Below are positions 24,737 through 38,985 of a stretch of DNA of 64,000 nucleotides, one piece after another. Each line of letters opens with the position of its first letter. Within the stretch, counting starts at the first letter, position 1. The stretch covers positions 58,776,001 to 58,840,000 of the forward strand of contig OX597833.1 in the NCBI GenBank assembly GCA_951406725.2. Direction: 5' to 3'. The stretch comes from Octopus vulgaris. Lineage: Eukaryota. Both the position numbers and the translations under genes were made by a program. Under the pieces are notes generated by a model, which saw only the letters and a program-made list of their open reading frames with translations, ran no database searches and was not told the DNA's origin.

Positions 24737-25499
24737 CTAATTTACTCTATGAAGTGCAATAAAAAAATAGGACACTCCAATCTTATTTTCATAATTACGT
24801 TGGGTGAACTTTCAGTTACTCAGAAAGTTCATGTGTATACAAAAATGAATATATATATATATATACATATATATATGTGTGTGTGTATGAATTTCAGACA
24901 TGTCTTTAACTATTTTCCTCCCTTAAACCCACCCCATACATCTAACTGCATCTTCATTATTTAACACTTTCTCTTTGTGACTGGAAATTCAGTCTCCTGC
25001 AAGGAACCAACTATGCAATAACATGTTTCTATCTGGGCTCCATGTGTGTCTACGTTCCTCTGTCTCTTGTCTCTACATGCTTTGATTATTTGCTTCTCAC
25101 TCTCTTTCTCATGCGTAGCCTGATTTACTTTGCTGCCTTCTTCACTGTGCCTTTTTTTCCCAGGATGCAGTGCTGCCAAACCTTTCATGGCTCCAATGTT
25201 TATTGGACAGAAATTTTCTCCCCATCTCCCTATCTTCCATATCATATGTAAAAGATTTGATAAGCTATGTTGTAAATACACAATAAATATGGGATGAATA
25301 AAACAAAGAATGCAAGTTTGTGTTGTTGATATTTGTTTGAAAAAGAAATTTTTATAATTGATGTTACAACAATGGAAATATAGCAGACCTGATACATATT
25401 GGGACTAATAGATTTTTGAACTTCACTCATGGTTAGTTAACTGAATGGTAAGTACACTTCTAAAATGTGTTGTTTATTTAAAATATACTAATATTGATT

Positions 25500-25852
25500 T
25501 CAAATTTTATATCAAGGCCAGCATTTTCGGGGTAGGGGTAAGTCGATTACATTGACCCCAGTGCTCAATTTTTTGAGGAAAATTTTCAAAAAATTTTTCA
25601 AAAATTTTTGGGGAAAATTTTCAAATATTTTTGGGAAAAATTTTTGGAGAAAATTTTCAAAAATTTTTGAGGAAAATTTTCAAATAATTTTTCAAAAATT
25701 TTTGGGAAAAATTTTCAAAAATTTTATCGACCCCTCAACGATGAAAGGTAAAGTCTCCCTCAGCGGAATTTGAACTCAGAATGATAAGACAAACGAAATG
25801 CTGCTAAGCATTTTACCTAGTGTGCTAACGATTCTGCCAGCTCACTGCCTTA
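25500..25852 (-). mobile_element. Nin-domain SINE interrupted by an A/T-tract minisatellite
   Basis: SINE halves flank the GAAAATTTTCAAAAAATTTTT-type repeats at 25566-25725. Confidence 0.75.
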
Positions 25853-25984
25853 AAAATATATTGATATATATCTCCAGACATCCAGCTTCATGTTCGATGT
25901 TCAGATTCCGCCGAGAATGACATTACCTATGATCTCTTTGCAGTTGGTAAAATAAGTACCAGTTGAGTACTGGGGTTAATTTTG

Positions 25985-26265
<281 letters not shown>

Positions 26266-26270
26266 TCTAG

Positions 26271-26271
26271 A

Positions 26272-26305
<34 letters not shown>

Positions 26306-26559
26306 GTATATATATACATACATATATATATATATACATACATATATATATATACAGATTCATACATATACATACATAGATACATATATATACATACATA
26401 TATATAGATACATACATACATATATACATATATATAGATACATACATACATATATACATATATATAGATACATACATATATACATATACATACATGCATA
26501 TACATACACATACATATATACATACTTGTATATAAATACATACATATACATAAATGTAC

Positions 26560-26590
<31 letters not shown>

Positions 26591-26829
26591 CATGCATACA
26601 TATATATATACATACATATATATATACATACATACATATATATATTCATATATATATATATACATATATATATACATACATATATATATATATATATATA
26701 CATACATACATACATACATATATATATATATTTATATACGTACATATATATATATATATGTACACACACATATATATATATATATATACGTACATATATA
26801 TACATACATATATATATATATATACATAC

Positions 26830-26872
<43 letters not shown>

Positions 26873-26900
26873 TTTATATATACACGCACACACATATCTA
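26271..26900. repeat. (TA)n/(TACA)n compound microsatellite
   Basis: Direct reading. Confidence 0.95.
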
Positions 26901-27254
26901 CATATTTATTTATGTGTGTGTATCTTTGTGTTTGTCCCCACCACCATTGCTTGACAACCGATGCTGGTGTGTTTATGTCCACATAACTTAGCAGTTCAGC
27001 AAAAGAGGCCAATAGAATAAGTACCAGGCTTACAAAGAATGAGTCGTTGGTTCAATTTCTTTAACTAAAACTCTTTAAGATGGCGCACCAGCATGGCTTC
27101 TGTGAAATGGACTGACGCACGTAAAAGAATATTCATTCCCACATAACTGTAGAAGCAAAGATTTGACCTATCAATGTGGGGAAATAACAGCTTGCTCCAG
27201 AGAGCCTTCCTGATCCCTGAGATATGTATTCTGTCATATAATGTTACTCTAGAG

Positions 27255-27473
27255 CAGTGCTTTTCAAACTTTTTGCTGGAGCGGAACCCCAAGGAAACGT
27301 TCCACTGGCTGGGGGAACCCCTGTGCAATAATTTAATAGTCTTATGCACACAAATCTGCACAGGAGAATTAAAAATTACTGCCGATTGTAGCAGTTTTGT
27401 AACTTCTTGCGGAACCCCTGGACTGTACTGGCGGAACCCTAAGGCTCCGCGGAACCCTGGTTGAAAACCACTG
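27255..27473. mobile_element. hAT-type MITE with perfect 8-bp TSD
   Basis: CTCTAGAG|CAGTGCTTTTCAA ... TTGAAAACCACTG|CTCTAGAG. Confidence 0.9.
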
Positions 27474-27754
27474 CTCTAGAGATCCTTTGGAGGAACCCCC
27501 ATTGTGGCTGCTTGTATTCACAGCCAGACTCTTTCGGTCATTATCTGGCATTCATGATCAAAGAAGCAAGGCGAGGATAGGCAAGGAAAACAAACAAGAT
27601 AGCAAGACGGACTCTCCAAGCTGAGCAAGCCAGCAGGAAGCCTAAGGATAGACTAAGAATGAAACGGTTGGATAACATCCATACAGTCATGGTCAGAAAT
27701 TTGGAATGTTAAAGTTATGCCCAAGTACAATTCGATTCAAATATATATAACTTT

Positions 27755-28038
27755 GCCGAACCGCTAAGTTACAGTGACGTAAGCACACCACCATCGGCTG
27801 TCAAGCGATGTTGGTGGTGGTGGTGGTGGGGGGGGGACAAACACAGATACACAAACACACACACACACACACATATATATAAATATATACGACGGGCTTC
27901 TTTCAGTTTCCGTCAACCAAATCCACTCACAAGGCTTTGGTTGGCCCGAGGCTATAGTAGAAGACACTTGCTCAAGGTGACACGCAGTGGGACTGAACCC
28001 GGAACCATGTGGTGGTTCGCAAGCAAGCTACTTACGCC
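27755..28038 (-). mobile_element. tRNA-derived SINE (GGCGCAGGAG family), partial
   Basis: Reverse complement of the head and middle of the family. Confidence 0.85.
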
Positions 28039-28687
28039 TATACGTATGTGAGATAAAAACAACTTGAGCACCAATCTAAAGACAGACTTCTAAGACAATA
28101 ACAACAACCTTTCTCATCATCAAAGAGATTTTTTTTTATATCGCAGTTTATGAACTAAAGTATTAATAGTCAGAGGTAAGCAATGAGCCAATCGTAGCTG
28201 CGAGGGAACAACAGTTCGTATTTTGATGTGTCTTTAAAATACAGTAATCTGAGGTAAAGCCACCAAATGCAATGCATCGCCCTCATCATGTTTTCCATAC
28301 TGGTGGGGTTTAGAATTTTTGGGGCTGTGTGGTAAGTAGCCCGTGCGATCGTACTGGCAGTTATCCAGAGTCACCAAAATCGAAGGGCGTGAAGCTGCCG
28401 CACGCCTAGGACCCGCGCGCGTGGAAGGCGCGGCGGCTGCTGCGACGGCCCGCAGTCTAATATCTGCGCCGCGACCAATGCGGAAGGCCGACCGGAAGGG
28501 GCGAGCACGGGTGCGCCGCCCTGGACCGGCCGAGCGGACGCCGGCGACGCCGCGGCTGCCGAACGTCGTTTTCGAGTCCGACGTCCGGGTGCGACCTGCG
28601 ATCGCGGCTTCGGTTGCAGTGCATCACCATCATAATGTTTTCCATGCTGGTGTGGTTTAGAATATATAGATATATATATAGATGTAT

Positions 28688-28986
28688 GGAGGCGCAATGG
28701 CCCAGTGGTTAGAGCAGCAGCGGACTCGCGGTTTCGATTCCCAGACCGGGAGTTGTGAGTGTTTATTGAGCGAAAACACCTATAGCTTCACGAGGCTCCG
28801 GCAGGGGGTGGTTGCGATCCCTGCTGTACTCCTTCGCCGCAACTTCCTCTCACTCTTTCTTCTGTTGGCCTGCTCACTTAGCCAGCGGGGTGGCGTCATT
28901 TGAAGGCTAAAACAATGCGAAGCACATTGTGACCGGCGATGTGTAGCAGCATCTGATAGCCTGGTCGGTCACGGTGATCACGGTGA
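28688..28986 (+). mobile_element. tRNA-derived SINE (GGAGGCGCAATGGCCCAGTGG family)
   Basis: A-box TGGCCCAGTGG and B-box GGTTTCGATTCCC. Flanking direct repeat TATATAGATGTA. Confidence 0.85.
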
Positions 28987-29139
28987 TATATAGATGTACT
29001 TACTGAATAATTGATCAAATGGTTTAATATCTAAAAGAAATTATTTTCAGATCTATGTTCCAGACATTTGGCTTAGTGATAATATATTACAAATTAAATA
29101 TGACTTTCGGCGTTTGATATAAAAATTGTAATGTTCATC

Positions 29140-30480
29140 TAGTGTAAGCTATGGATGCATAAGAGGTGCAGCAATATCAAAGGGTGGTTAGCTGGGAAGA
29201 TAACTTTTGTGTGCGGCAGATGTACAGACAGGGGTAATAAATACTGCAGATACTCAGAAAACTGATTCCATCACATGCCAGGGGGAGAAACTAGCAGTAG
29301 TTGATAGCTTCTGCTACCTAGGTGACCAAGTCTGTAGTGGGGGTAGATGCTCAGAGAGCGTTGCCACTATAATAAGAATAGCCTAGACAAAGTTCAGAAA
29401 TCTCCTATCTCTACTAGAGACAAAGGGCCTCGAACTGACATGCTACACAGCAGTGAAACATGGGTCGTGACTGCTGAAGACATGCGTAGGCTCAAAAGAA
29501 ATGAAGCTAGTATGATCTGCTAGATGTGTGATGTCAGTGTATACACATGACAGAGTGTAAGCGCCCTGAGAGAAAAGTTGGACATAAGAAGCATCAGATG
29601 TGGTGTGCAAGAGTGACGACTGAGCTGGCAGAATCGTTAGCACGCTGGGCGAAATGCTTAGCGGTATTTCGGCTGCCGTTACGTTGTGAGTTCAAATTCC
29701 GCCGAGGTCGACTTTGCCTTTCATCCTTTCGGGGTCGATAAATTAAGTACCAGTTACACACTGGGGTCGATGTAATCGACTTAATACCTATGTTTGTAAC
29801 CTCTATGTTTAGCCCCTTGTGGGTAATAAAGTGGAAGGAACCAATGGAAGAAGGATACCCAGGAAGACAGGGGATGAGGTGGTGAAGCATGACCTTCGAA
29901 CGTTGGGCCTCAAAGAGTCAATGACGAAAGGCTGAGACCTCTGGAGATATGCTGTGATTGAGAAGACCCAGTAAGGAAAGAGAGATCACAACCGTAGCCT
30001 ACAGCAGTGTTGCATAACCAACCCATTTAAACAGTATCTTTGAATCGTAGGGTGGCATGCCGTGCTTGAGGAGACCTATTGTGTCAAGTAAATCAAAACC
30101 AAATCAAATCACAATCAAATGAAAATTTTAGTTGTGGTCATTACCAGTGCTGGTGGAACGTAATAAGCACCACGCGTGGGTCGCTGCCAGAGCCGCCTAA
30201 CTGGCTCCCCGTGCTGGTGGTACGTAAAAAGCACCATCCGAACGTGGCCAATGCCAGTGCCACCTGACTGGCACCTGTGCAGGTGGCACGTAAAAAGCAC
30301 CCACTACACTCACGGAGTGGTTGGCGTTAGGAAGGGCATCCAGCTGTAGAAACTCTGCCAGATCATATTGGAGCCTGGTGCTGCGTCCTGGTTTGCCTGT
30401 GTCCAGTCAAACCGTTCAACCCATGCCAGCATGGAAAACGGACCTTAAACGACGATGATGATGATGATGATGATGATGAT
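29140..30480 (+). mobile_element. RTE-like LINE 3' fragment with (GAT)n tail, interrupted by a Nin SINE (29622-29830)
   Basis: EKLAVVDSFCYLGDQVCSGGRCSESVATIIRIA*TKFRNLL and LHSSETW motifs. 3' tail GTTAGGAAGGGCATCCAGC...AACCCATGCCAGCATGGAA..(GAT)n. Confidence 0.75.
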
Positions 30481-31734
30481 GCTACAAACTTTTGGCCAAG
30501 TAATAATATATTGCAAATTAAATATAACTTTGGGCATTTGATATAAAAATCAAATTTCCAGACTTATGTTACAAACTTTTGTCTACGACTGTAGTTAGAA
30601 TTGGTCATGCTTGGAAATCCAACTGAAAAACGTAATGACAGTTGCTTCTGACAGGACCCTGTAGAGGAGATAGCTGAGGACTCTAACCCATCACAACCCT
30701 TTCAAGAATAATAGGCTGAGATGATGGATGGATAGATGAATATTTATATATTTTAGCAACTGTTCTCTAAATTAACTTTTCTCCTACTCAAATTAAAAAG
30801 TCCTCTCCTAAGAGAAAAGTTTTAATTGGACAGCATATGTTAATTATCTTCATCATGACTTGAAAGTACGGAGATCTAAGCACTGACTATTTTCACTACC
30901 CGGTATTTTAGTCAGATCTTTTATGCCAGTCAAATTTTGGATCAAATGCAGAATAATCCTATTTAAAAGGTGGCTTAATGTCTTATTTTCTTTTCTTGTG
31001 ATAATCATCCAAATTTCACAAATTAACTTATTTTTGTAAGTCTGATTTTTGCAAACTCTACTACCTATACTCTTTTACATGTTTCAGTAATTTGATTGTG
31101 GCCATGCTGCAGCACCGCCTTTAGTCGAGCAAATCGACCCCAGGACTTATTCTTTGTAAGCCTAGTACTTATTCTATCGGTCTCTTTTGCCGAACCGCTA
31201 ACTTACGGGGACATAAACACACTAGCATCGGTTGTCAAGCGATGTTGGGGGCACAAACACAGTCTGTGGCGATATGCACCGGGTAAATACAGCGACGTGG
31301 TCCGACCCGTAAGTAATCGGAAACAGACCCGTGAGCTCACGGGTCGACCCACGCCGGATAGTCACGATCTAGGTGACCGTCGCACCCCAAGGAGGTCCAA
31401 ACTATATTGAGGGCTAGCAGTCGGTAGGTGCATGTTCCCGGGATCGTTCGGCATGATGCCGAAGACGGCAGCCTAAGACGCTGTCAGCCCGGCGGGTGGC
31501 CGCTGCCTTCAGGCCACCTTGCTTTCACCGTTCGTCTACGCAGCGGGCCCGCCAGTGACAGGCCTGCCCCGGTCGCCCGGTGCTCCGCCGCGTTACCGTG
31601 CCCGATATCGAAAGAACGAACCAAAGCTCGCGGTATCGTATACGTACACGTGGGCGTACCCGCGACCGATGCCGGAAGGCTGTCACGAGATACACGCGGT
31701 CGATACAGTACTTATTTAACTACTTATATAACTA

Positions 31735-32040
31735 GCACTTATTTAATCGACCCCGAAAGGATGAAAGGCAAAGTCGACCTCGGCGGAATTTGAACCCAGA
31801 ACGTAACGGTAGACGAAATACTGCTAAGCATTTCGCCCGGAGTGCTAACGTTTCTGCCAGTTCGCCGCCTTAAATATTCTTTTCTACTCTAGGTACAAGG
31901 CCCGAAATGTTTGAGGGATGGGGAACCACTCGATTAGATCGACCCTAGTACGCAACTGGTACTTAATTCATCGACCCCTGAAAAGATGAAAAGCAGAGTC
32001 GACCTCGATGGAATTTGAACTCAGAACGTAAAGACAGACG
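31735..32040 (-). mobile_element. two Nin-domain SINE pieces
   Basis: Reverse-complement family core. Confidence 0.8.
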
Positions 32041-32159
32041 ATAGGGGTCATGGAAATTGTCAATTCATTTGTTAAATCTAGTTTTCATATAGAATACATG
32101 AATATGTCAAGTAGTAACAGTTGTTAAAGTAAGACACACTTTCTTTTTCTTTTTTCTTT

Positions 32160-32364
32160 TTTACTTGTTTCAGTCATTTTGACTGCGGCCATGCTGGAGC
32201 ACCACCTTTTAGTCGAGCAAATCGACCCCGGGACTTATTCTTTGTAAGCCCAGTACTTATTCTATCGGTCTCTTTTGCCGAACCGCTAAGTGACGGGGAC
32301 GTAAACACACCAGCATCAGTTGTCAAGCAATGCTAGGGGGACAAACACAGACACACAAACATAT

Positions 32365-32442
<78 letters not shown>

Positions 32443-32598
32443 GACAGGCTTCTTTCAGTTTCCGTCTACCAAATCCACTCACAAGGCATTGGTCGGCCCG
32501 GGGCTATAGCAGAAGACACTTGCCCAAGATGCCACGCAGTGGGACTGAACCCGGAACCATGTGGTTGGTTAGCAAGCTACTTACCACACAGCCACTCC
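32160..32598 (-). mobile_element. tRNA-derived SINE (GGCGCAGGAG family)
   Basis: Near full-length reverse-complement copy. Confidence 0.9.
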
Positions 32599-33333
32599 TA
32601 ATACTATTATTTTTTACAATGTGAACATATTTGCTATAATTATCTTTATCAGAATGCAACAAATAATTCTAGTTGGTTTAAAATAATATAATTTTATTTC
32701 AAGGTAAAAATCAATGCACCTTTATTACAACCAATTTATTTACATATATTTTTTTCTTAACACTTGCAAAAATTTATCATGAAAAGCAATTTAGAATCGG
32801 AAAAAAAAAAAAAATTAAAACAATTGATTGTTTAAAACCTGAGAAAATATTTTTTCCCCAAATTATTAGAATAGAGATGGAGATAAAAGCAAAATAGATT
32901 GAAGTGGAATTAGGTAAAAAGAATAAGGATAGTGAAAGTGTTGTAGTAATTAGTTTGGGCTGAATATATTAAAAGCTCAAATCTCGGTGGAGTTGCCTTT
33001 ACCTTTCGTTTCTTTAGATTTGATAACAAAAAACGAAAAAAGAAATACTATAGGGAATTGTATCAATTCAATGGACGATATTCTTTCTGCATAAAATTGT
33101 GACCTTGGGCCAAAGGTAGAAATCAATACTCGAGAACAATGAATTAATAGAAAATAATACAGCTTTCAGACAGACCAAAATACTTACCCTTCATCTAGAG
33201 CACAGATTCTATCAAAGTTAGGTCTGTGTTGTTTACTTATGTATCATTCATTCTCCCTCTCTCACCAGACAGACACACATATACAGTATTTTACTGAAGG
33301 TGAGACGACTTCACAAAGTGTTATTCGGAGTTT

Positions 33334-33767
33334 GGATATTTTCGGTTTGAACGGCAGTTTTTTCTAGCGGTGTCATATGAAATTGTTACCCATAATTATG
33401 ACCCTAGTATCGATCTATTGCATTTCAATCTGCTTTAGGGCAAGGGTTAGTTAGGGTTAGGATTAGGGGTGGGGGGAAGGGTATCTTTTTTCTTCACAAA
33501 TGTAAATAAACCCAATCTGTTTCTTAAACGAGGGACATATTCATACGGCACAGAATGTTTTCACCTCAATAGACGTCATTGATTGGTTGAAATTGCAGAA
33601 AGTGAAGAAAAAAAGAACAACAAATATCTTACAAACTATAGAATTTTCTCAATAAAGCCAAGAGAAAAAGATGTTTTATAAAGACATTCTACCAGTATAT
33701 GAAGTTTAAAAGTGTTTAGTTACGTGGAAATTATTTTAAAAAACTGCCGGTCAAACCGAAAAGATCC
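33334..33767. mobile_element. non-autonomous TIR element with perfect 8-bp TSD
   Basis: CGGAGTTT|GGATATTTTCGGTTTGAACGGCAGTTTTT ... AAAAACTGCCGGTCAAACCGAAAAGATCC|CGGAGTTT. Superfamily uncertain; GG ends with an 8-bp TSD are Merlin-like. Confidence 0.9.
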
Positions 33768-34316
33768 CGGAGTTTCACGTAACTGATCATTAGGCAGTTG
33801 TGAATATTTTCAACAATGGAATGTTTTGTTAAGTGTTTATATGCATTCATAATTACCAAATCATTGAAAGTCGATTGGACAAGGTGATTACTTTTCAGAA
33901 AGCGGGAATCTGTTGGTGTACTTCGCGGTGTTACGTCCGCAGGAGATAAAGTCGGGCAATTTGTGATGACTCCTACTGAAGCCGAAACACGTATCCGCAG
34001 CTATCCTCTTGTCTGCAGGCAATTAGACTGTCTTTTACACAATTGAGTTGGTCCCACTTGCCTATACACAACTGTTCAACATTCTCTGGGAACAGAGATA
34101 GCCTCAGTAAATTAAGAAACCTTGTTCGCACAAACATTGCATAAAGGAGCTTAGTTAAGACAGGAGTGAAGTATTTATGTGTGTGCTTGTATGTGTTCAC
34201 GTCTGTATTTGGGCAATCATTTGTACGTGAGTTTAAACGAAGAAACTAAACGCGGGTCTGTATATGCGTAAGTACGTGCGCATGGATGAAAGTATGCAAG
34301 ATCTATATATATATAT

Positions 34317-34722
34317 AGGCGCAGGAGTGGCTGTGTGGTAAGTAGTTTGCTAACCAACCACATGGTTCCGGGTTCAGTCCCACTGCGTGGCATCTTGGGC
34401 AAGTGTCTTCTGCTATAGCCCCGGGCCGAACAATGCCTTGTGAGTGGATTTGGTAGACGGAAACTGAAAGAAGCCTGTCACACACACACACACATATATA
34501 TATGTGTTTTATGTGTGTGTGTGTGTGTGTGTGTGTTTGTCCCCCTAGCATTTCTTGACAACCGATGCTGGTTTGTTTACGTCCCCGTCACTTAGCGGTT
34601 CGGCAAAAGAGACAGATAGAATAAGTACTGGGCTTACAAAGAATAAGTCCCGGGGTCGATTGGCTCGACTAAAGGCGGTGCTCCAGCATGGCCGCAGTCA
34701 AATGACTGAAACAAGTAAAAAA
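34317..34722 (+). mobile_element. tRNA-derived SINE (GGCGCAGGAG family)
   Basis: Full-length copy. Confidence 0.9.
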
Positions 34723-35034
34723 AAAAAATATGTATACGTTGCCTGTAATCTGTATATTCGTATATAAGTGTGTCCACACAGGTCTGTGTATATTGTGTGT
34801 TCGTTACAGGAAACCTGCGTATATGAGTACGAGTGTGAAGTAAATCAAAAACCAAAGTAGATCTGTAGCTTGTGTGTATATGTGTGTCTATGTGTGTGTG
34901 TGTGTTTGTGTACACATGCATGCTCATGAATGAATGTAGATATGTATGATTGTGTATGTATATATGTATATGTCTATATTCGTATACGTTAATACTTAAC
35001 TCTACTACCCAAGTATAATGCTTATTTTCGGTAT

Positions 35035-36043
35035 ATATGTATGTACATACGTATGCATGTATGTATGTATGTATGTATGTATGTATGTATGTATGTATGT
35101 ATGTATGTATGTATGTATGCATGTATGCATGTGTGTTTGTATGTATGTATGTATGTATGTATGTTTGTATGTATGTATGTATGTATGTGTGTGTGTGTGT
35201 GTATGTTTGTATGTATGTATGTATGCATGTATGCATGTATGTTTGTATGTATGAATGCATGTATGTTTGTATGTATGTATAACGAAAGAGAGGTAGAAAG
35301 AGGGAGAGATAGTAGATAACTTCTTGGTATATGAAGTTAAGCGAATTCATGAATGTAGATAAGTATGAATGTGTATGTGTATATATATATATATATATGT
35401 CTATGTACGTATACGTTGATACTTAACTCTACAAACCCAAGTGTAATGCTTATTTTCGGTATCAGCGTACGTAACATTCTAAATGCAAAACTATTACTCG
35501 AGTCATTAAATCTCACAGAAATTTCATCACAGTTCCTAGACACCATCGCCGGATACCCACACCAATGAGAAAATGGCTAAAAGAAAGGCCAGTGTTCCAC
35601 TGTTGTGCAGTATCTCTGCACGATATGGCAGTCAGTGTTATTTCTGTTCTCTGACCTTTCGTTGCGTCGCCATCTTGATCAGACGGCGGAGATAAGTAGG
35701 ATCTTTCTACGCCATTTTGGAGGGTTTCTGCACTAAGTCTAATTAACAGCGACGTAAAGGAGATGACGGTGGGATATATGTACGTATGTATGTATGTATG
35801 TGTGTGTGTGTGTATGTATGTATGTGTGTATGTATGTATGTGTGTGTGTATGTATGTATGTGTGTGTATGTGTGTATGTATGTGTGTGTGTGTGTGTATG
35901 TATGTGTGTGTGTATGTATGCATGTATGCATATATGTATATATGCATGTATGTATGCATGTATGTATATATGTATGTATGCATGTATGTATGCATGCATG
36001 TATTATGCATGTATATATGCATGTATGTATGTATGCATGTATG

Positions 36044-36077
<34 letters not shown>

Positions 36078-36105
36078 TGTATGTATGTATGCATGTATGT
36101 ATATA
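35035..36105. repeat. two (TATG)n microsatellite blocks with duplicated flanks
   Basis: Blocks at 35035-35280 and 35775-36105. Flank 35284-35350 is repeated at 36114-36180, and 34968-35034 at 35396-35462. Confidence 0.9.
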
Positions 36106-37077
36106 CGTATACCGAAAGAGAGGTAGAAAGAGGGAGAGATAGTAGATAACTTCTTGGTATATGAAGTTAAGCGAATTCATTGTTCTTTCCATTCCGTCTC
36201 AAAGACAGATGATCTAAGAAAGTTGTTACTCGGTTTCCTAATTCTAAATACTTCAGTTAAGAATAGCTCTGTAATGGAAAAATCAGTCTATCTCAACAAA
36301 AATGCATCGTTTGTATGTTAGAAAGCGAAAGGAAAGGGAAAAAATCAGGAAAACAAAAGATTCGACGTAGCTAAAGGAAAGAAGAGAGAGAGAGTGGGAA
36401 ACGATGTGTAGATAGGATATAAATACAGTTTCACGTGAAGTTATATCGTTTCCTGATCTGTACAGAAAAGAAAAAAACATAACAAAAACGTATTAACATC
36501 ACAAAACATTAAAATACAATAAAGAAGGAATGGGGGAAAAAATCCATCTTAGCAACAGCACCACTATCGGTGCAATGGAATCATTATATATATGTTAGAT
36601 GCTGGGAAGTTTTGACGGAGTCTTTAAGACGTCTGAAAGAAGATTTCATAGACTTGGATAATCTGATCTGTGACGTCAAAGAGTCTAGATAATCTCAGAA
36701 ATTATAAACTACGTCCAGAGGATGTATTGTAATTTGGTTTATTAGACGTGAAGTTGTAGCGAGTTACTACTACAAGTTCTGTGGATTCGTCCAGAAACTC
36801 GACGATATCAGATAAAAATCTCGCGTGCTTCCGCCGAATACGAAACAAAGCTCGGCTTTTGTTTTCTTTTAAAGCTTTATATTTTCTCTTATATTTTCAT
36901 CACACAGCTACTATACAAACAGTTTTCGGCAGGTTGCAAAATGTGATGTGTTCTTGAACATTTACTGTAAATGTTCGAAGTATATTTTAAACGGCCTAGA
37001 GGGAGTCGAAGTTTGGAAAGCGGTTGGAAAGACTGTGAGTAACATGTTCCTTTGGTTAATTCTTTTCACCTGCTTTT

Positions 37078-37642
<565 letters not shown>

Positions 37643-37963
37643 CACACATACACAAATGCAACGTAGATAAATAACCATTTGTAATGCTAATGAATGAATG
37701 TGATTCTAGAGATGGATAGAGATTGCAAATTCTTTTTATTTAATTACAGTGGAAAGAATCTATTGATTGTCCTAGTTCCAATCAATACAAGGAATTTAAA
37801 AGTATATCAGAGAGCGTAGCGTGCGACAAAAATGGCTGCATATATGAAATGGTAACGTGGCACTCATAAAAATATATACAATTATTAGTTCTTGTATGTT
37901 AAAGCCAATTGAAAATCACAGCAGTTTATAACATAGTGTGGCAGAGTCTATACCTATTTCTGC

Positions 37964-38345
37964 GGAGGCGCAATGGCCCAGTGGTTAGGGCAGCGGACTC
38001 GGGGTCGTAGGCTCGCGGTTTCGATTCCCAGACCGGGCGTTGTGAGTGTTTATTGAGTGAAAACACCTAAAGCTCCACGAGGCTCCGGCAGGGATGGTGG
38101 TGATCCCTGCTGTACTCTTTCACCACAACTTTCTCTCACTCTTACTTCCTGTTTCTGTTGTACCTGTATTTCAAAGGGCCGGCCTTGTCACTCTCTGTGT
38201 CACGCTGAATATCCCCGAGAACTACGTTAAGGGTACACGTTTCTGTGGAGTGCTCAGCCGCTTGCACGTTAATTTCACGAGCAGTCTGTTCCGTTGATCG
38301 GATCAACCGGAACCCTCGTCGTCGTAACCGACGGAGTGCTTCCAT
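37964..38345 (+). mobile_element. tRNA-derived SINE (GGAGGCGCAATGG family), full length
   Basis: A/B boxes present. Flanking direct repeat ATACCTATTTCT. Confidence 0.9.
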
Positions 38346-38351
38346 CCCATA

Positions 38352-38985
38352 CCTATTTCTATTTCTTTATTACCCGCAAGGGGCTAAACACAGACGGTAC
38401 AAATAAGGACAGACATAGGTATTAAGTCGATTATATCGACCCCAGTGCGTAACTGGTACTTATTTAATCGACCCCGAAAGGATGAAAGGCAAAGTCGACC
38501 TCGGCGGAATTTGAACTCAGAACGTAGCGGCAGACGAAATACTCCTAAGCATTTCGCCCGGCGTGCTAACGATTCTGCCAGCTCGCCGCCTTTTCTAACG
38601 TTTCTGCCAGCTCGCAGAGTCTATACTCTTTTACTCTTTTACTTGTTTCAGTCATTTGACTGTGGCCATGCTGGAGCACCGCATTTAGTCGAGCAACTCG
38701 ATCCCGGGACTTATTCTTTGTAAGCCCAGTACTTATTCTATCGGTCTCTTATGCCGAACCGCTAAATGACGGGGATATAAACACACCAGCATCGGTTGTC
38801 AAGTAATGCTAGGGGAACAAACACACACACACACATTTCAGTTTCCATCTACCAAATCCACTTATAAGGCATTGGTCGGCCCGAGGCTATAGCAGAAGAC
38901 ACCTGCCCAAGATGCCACGCAGTGGGACTGAACTCGGAACCATGTGGTTGGTTAGCAAACTACTTACTACACAGCCACTCCTGCG
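38352..38985 (-). mobile_element. adjacent Nin SINE (38352-38592) and GGCGCAGGAG-family SINE (38625-38985)
   Basis: Reverse-complement copies of both families. Confidence 0.85.

Noticed and set aside
28343-28697. ORFs over the GC-rich patches (also 31428-31793) as horizontally acquired genes
   Set aside because: Open frames are expected at high GC, there is no recognisable domain, and the boundaries run into SINE sequence.
28688-28760. tRNA genes at SINE heads (also 3720-3786, 37964, 53888)
   Set aside because: A/B boxes are present but run into SINE bodies with TSDs, and there is no complete cloverleaf.
33436-33475. TTAGGG-like telomeric repeats
   Set aside because: Only a few degenerate units, internal to a TIR element with an 8-bp TSD.
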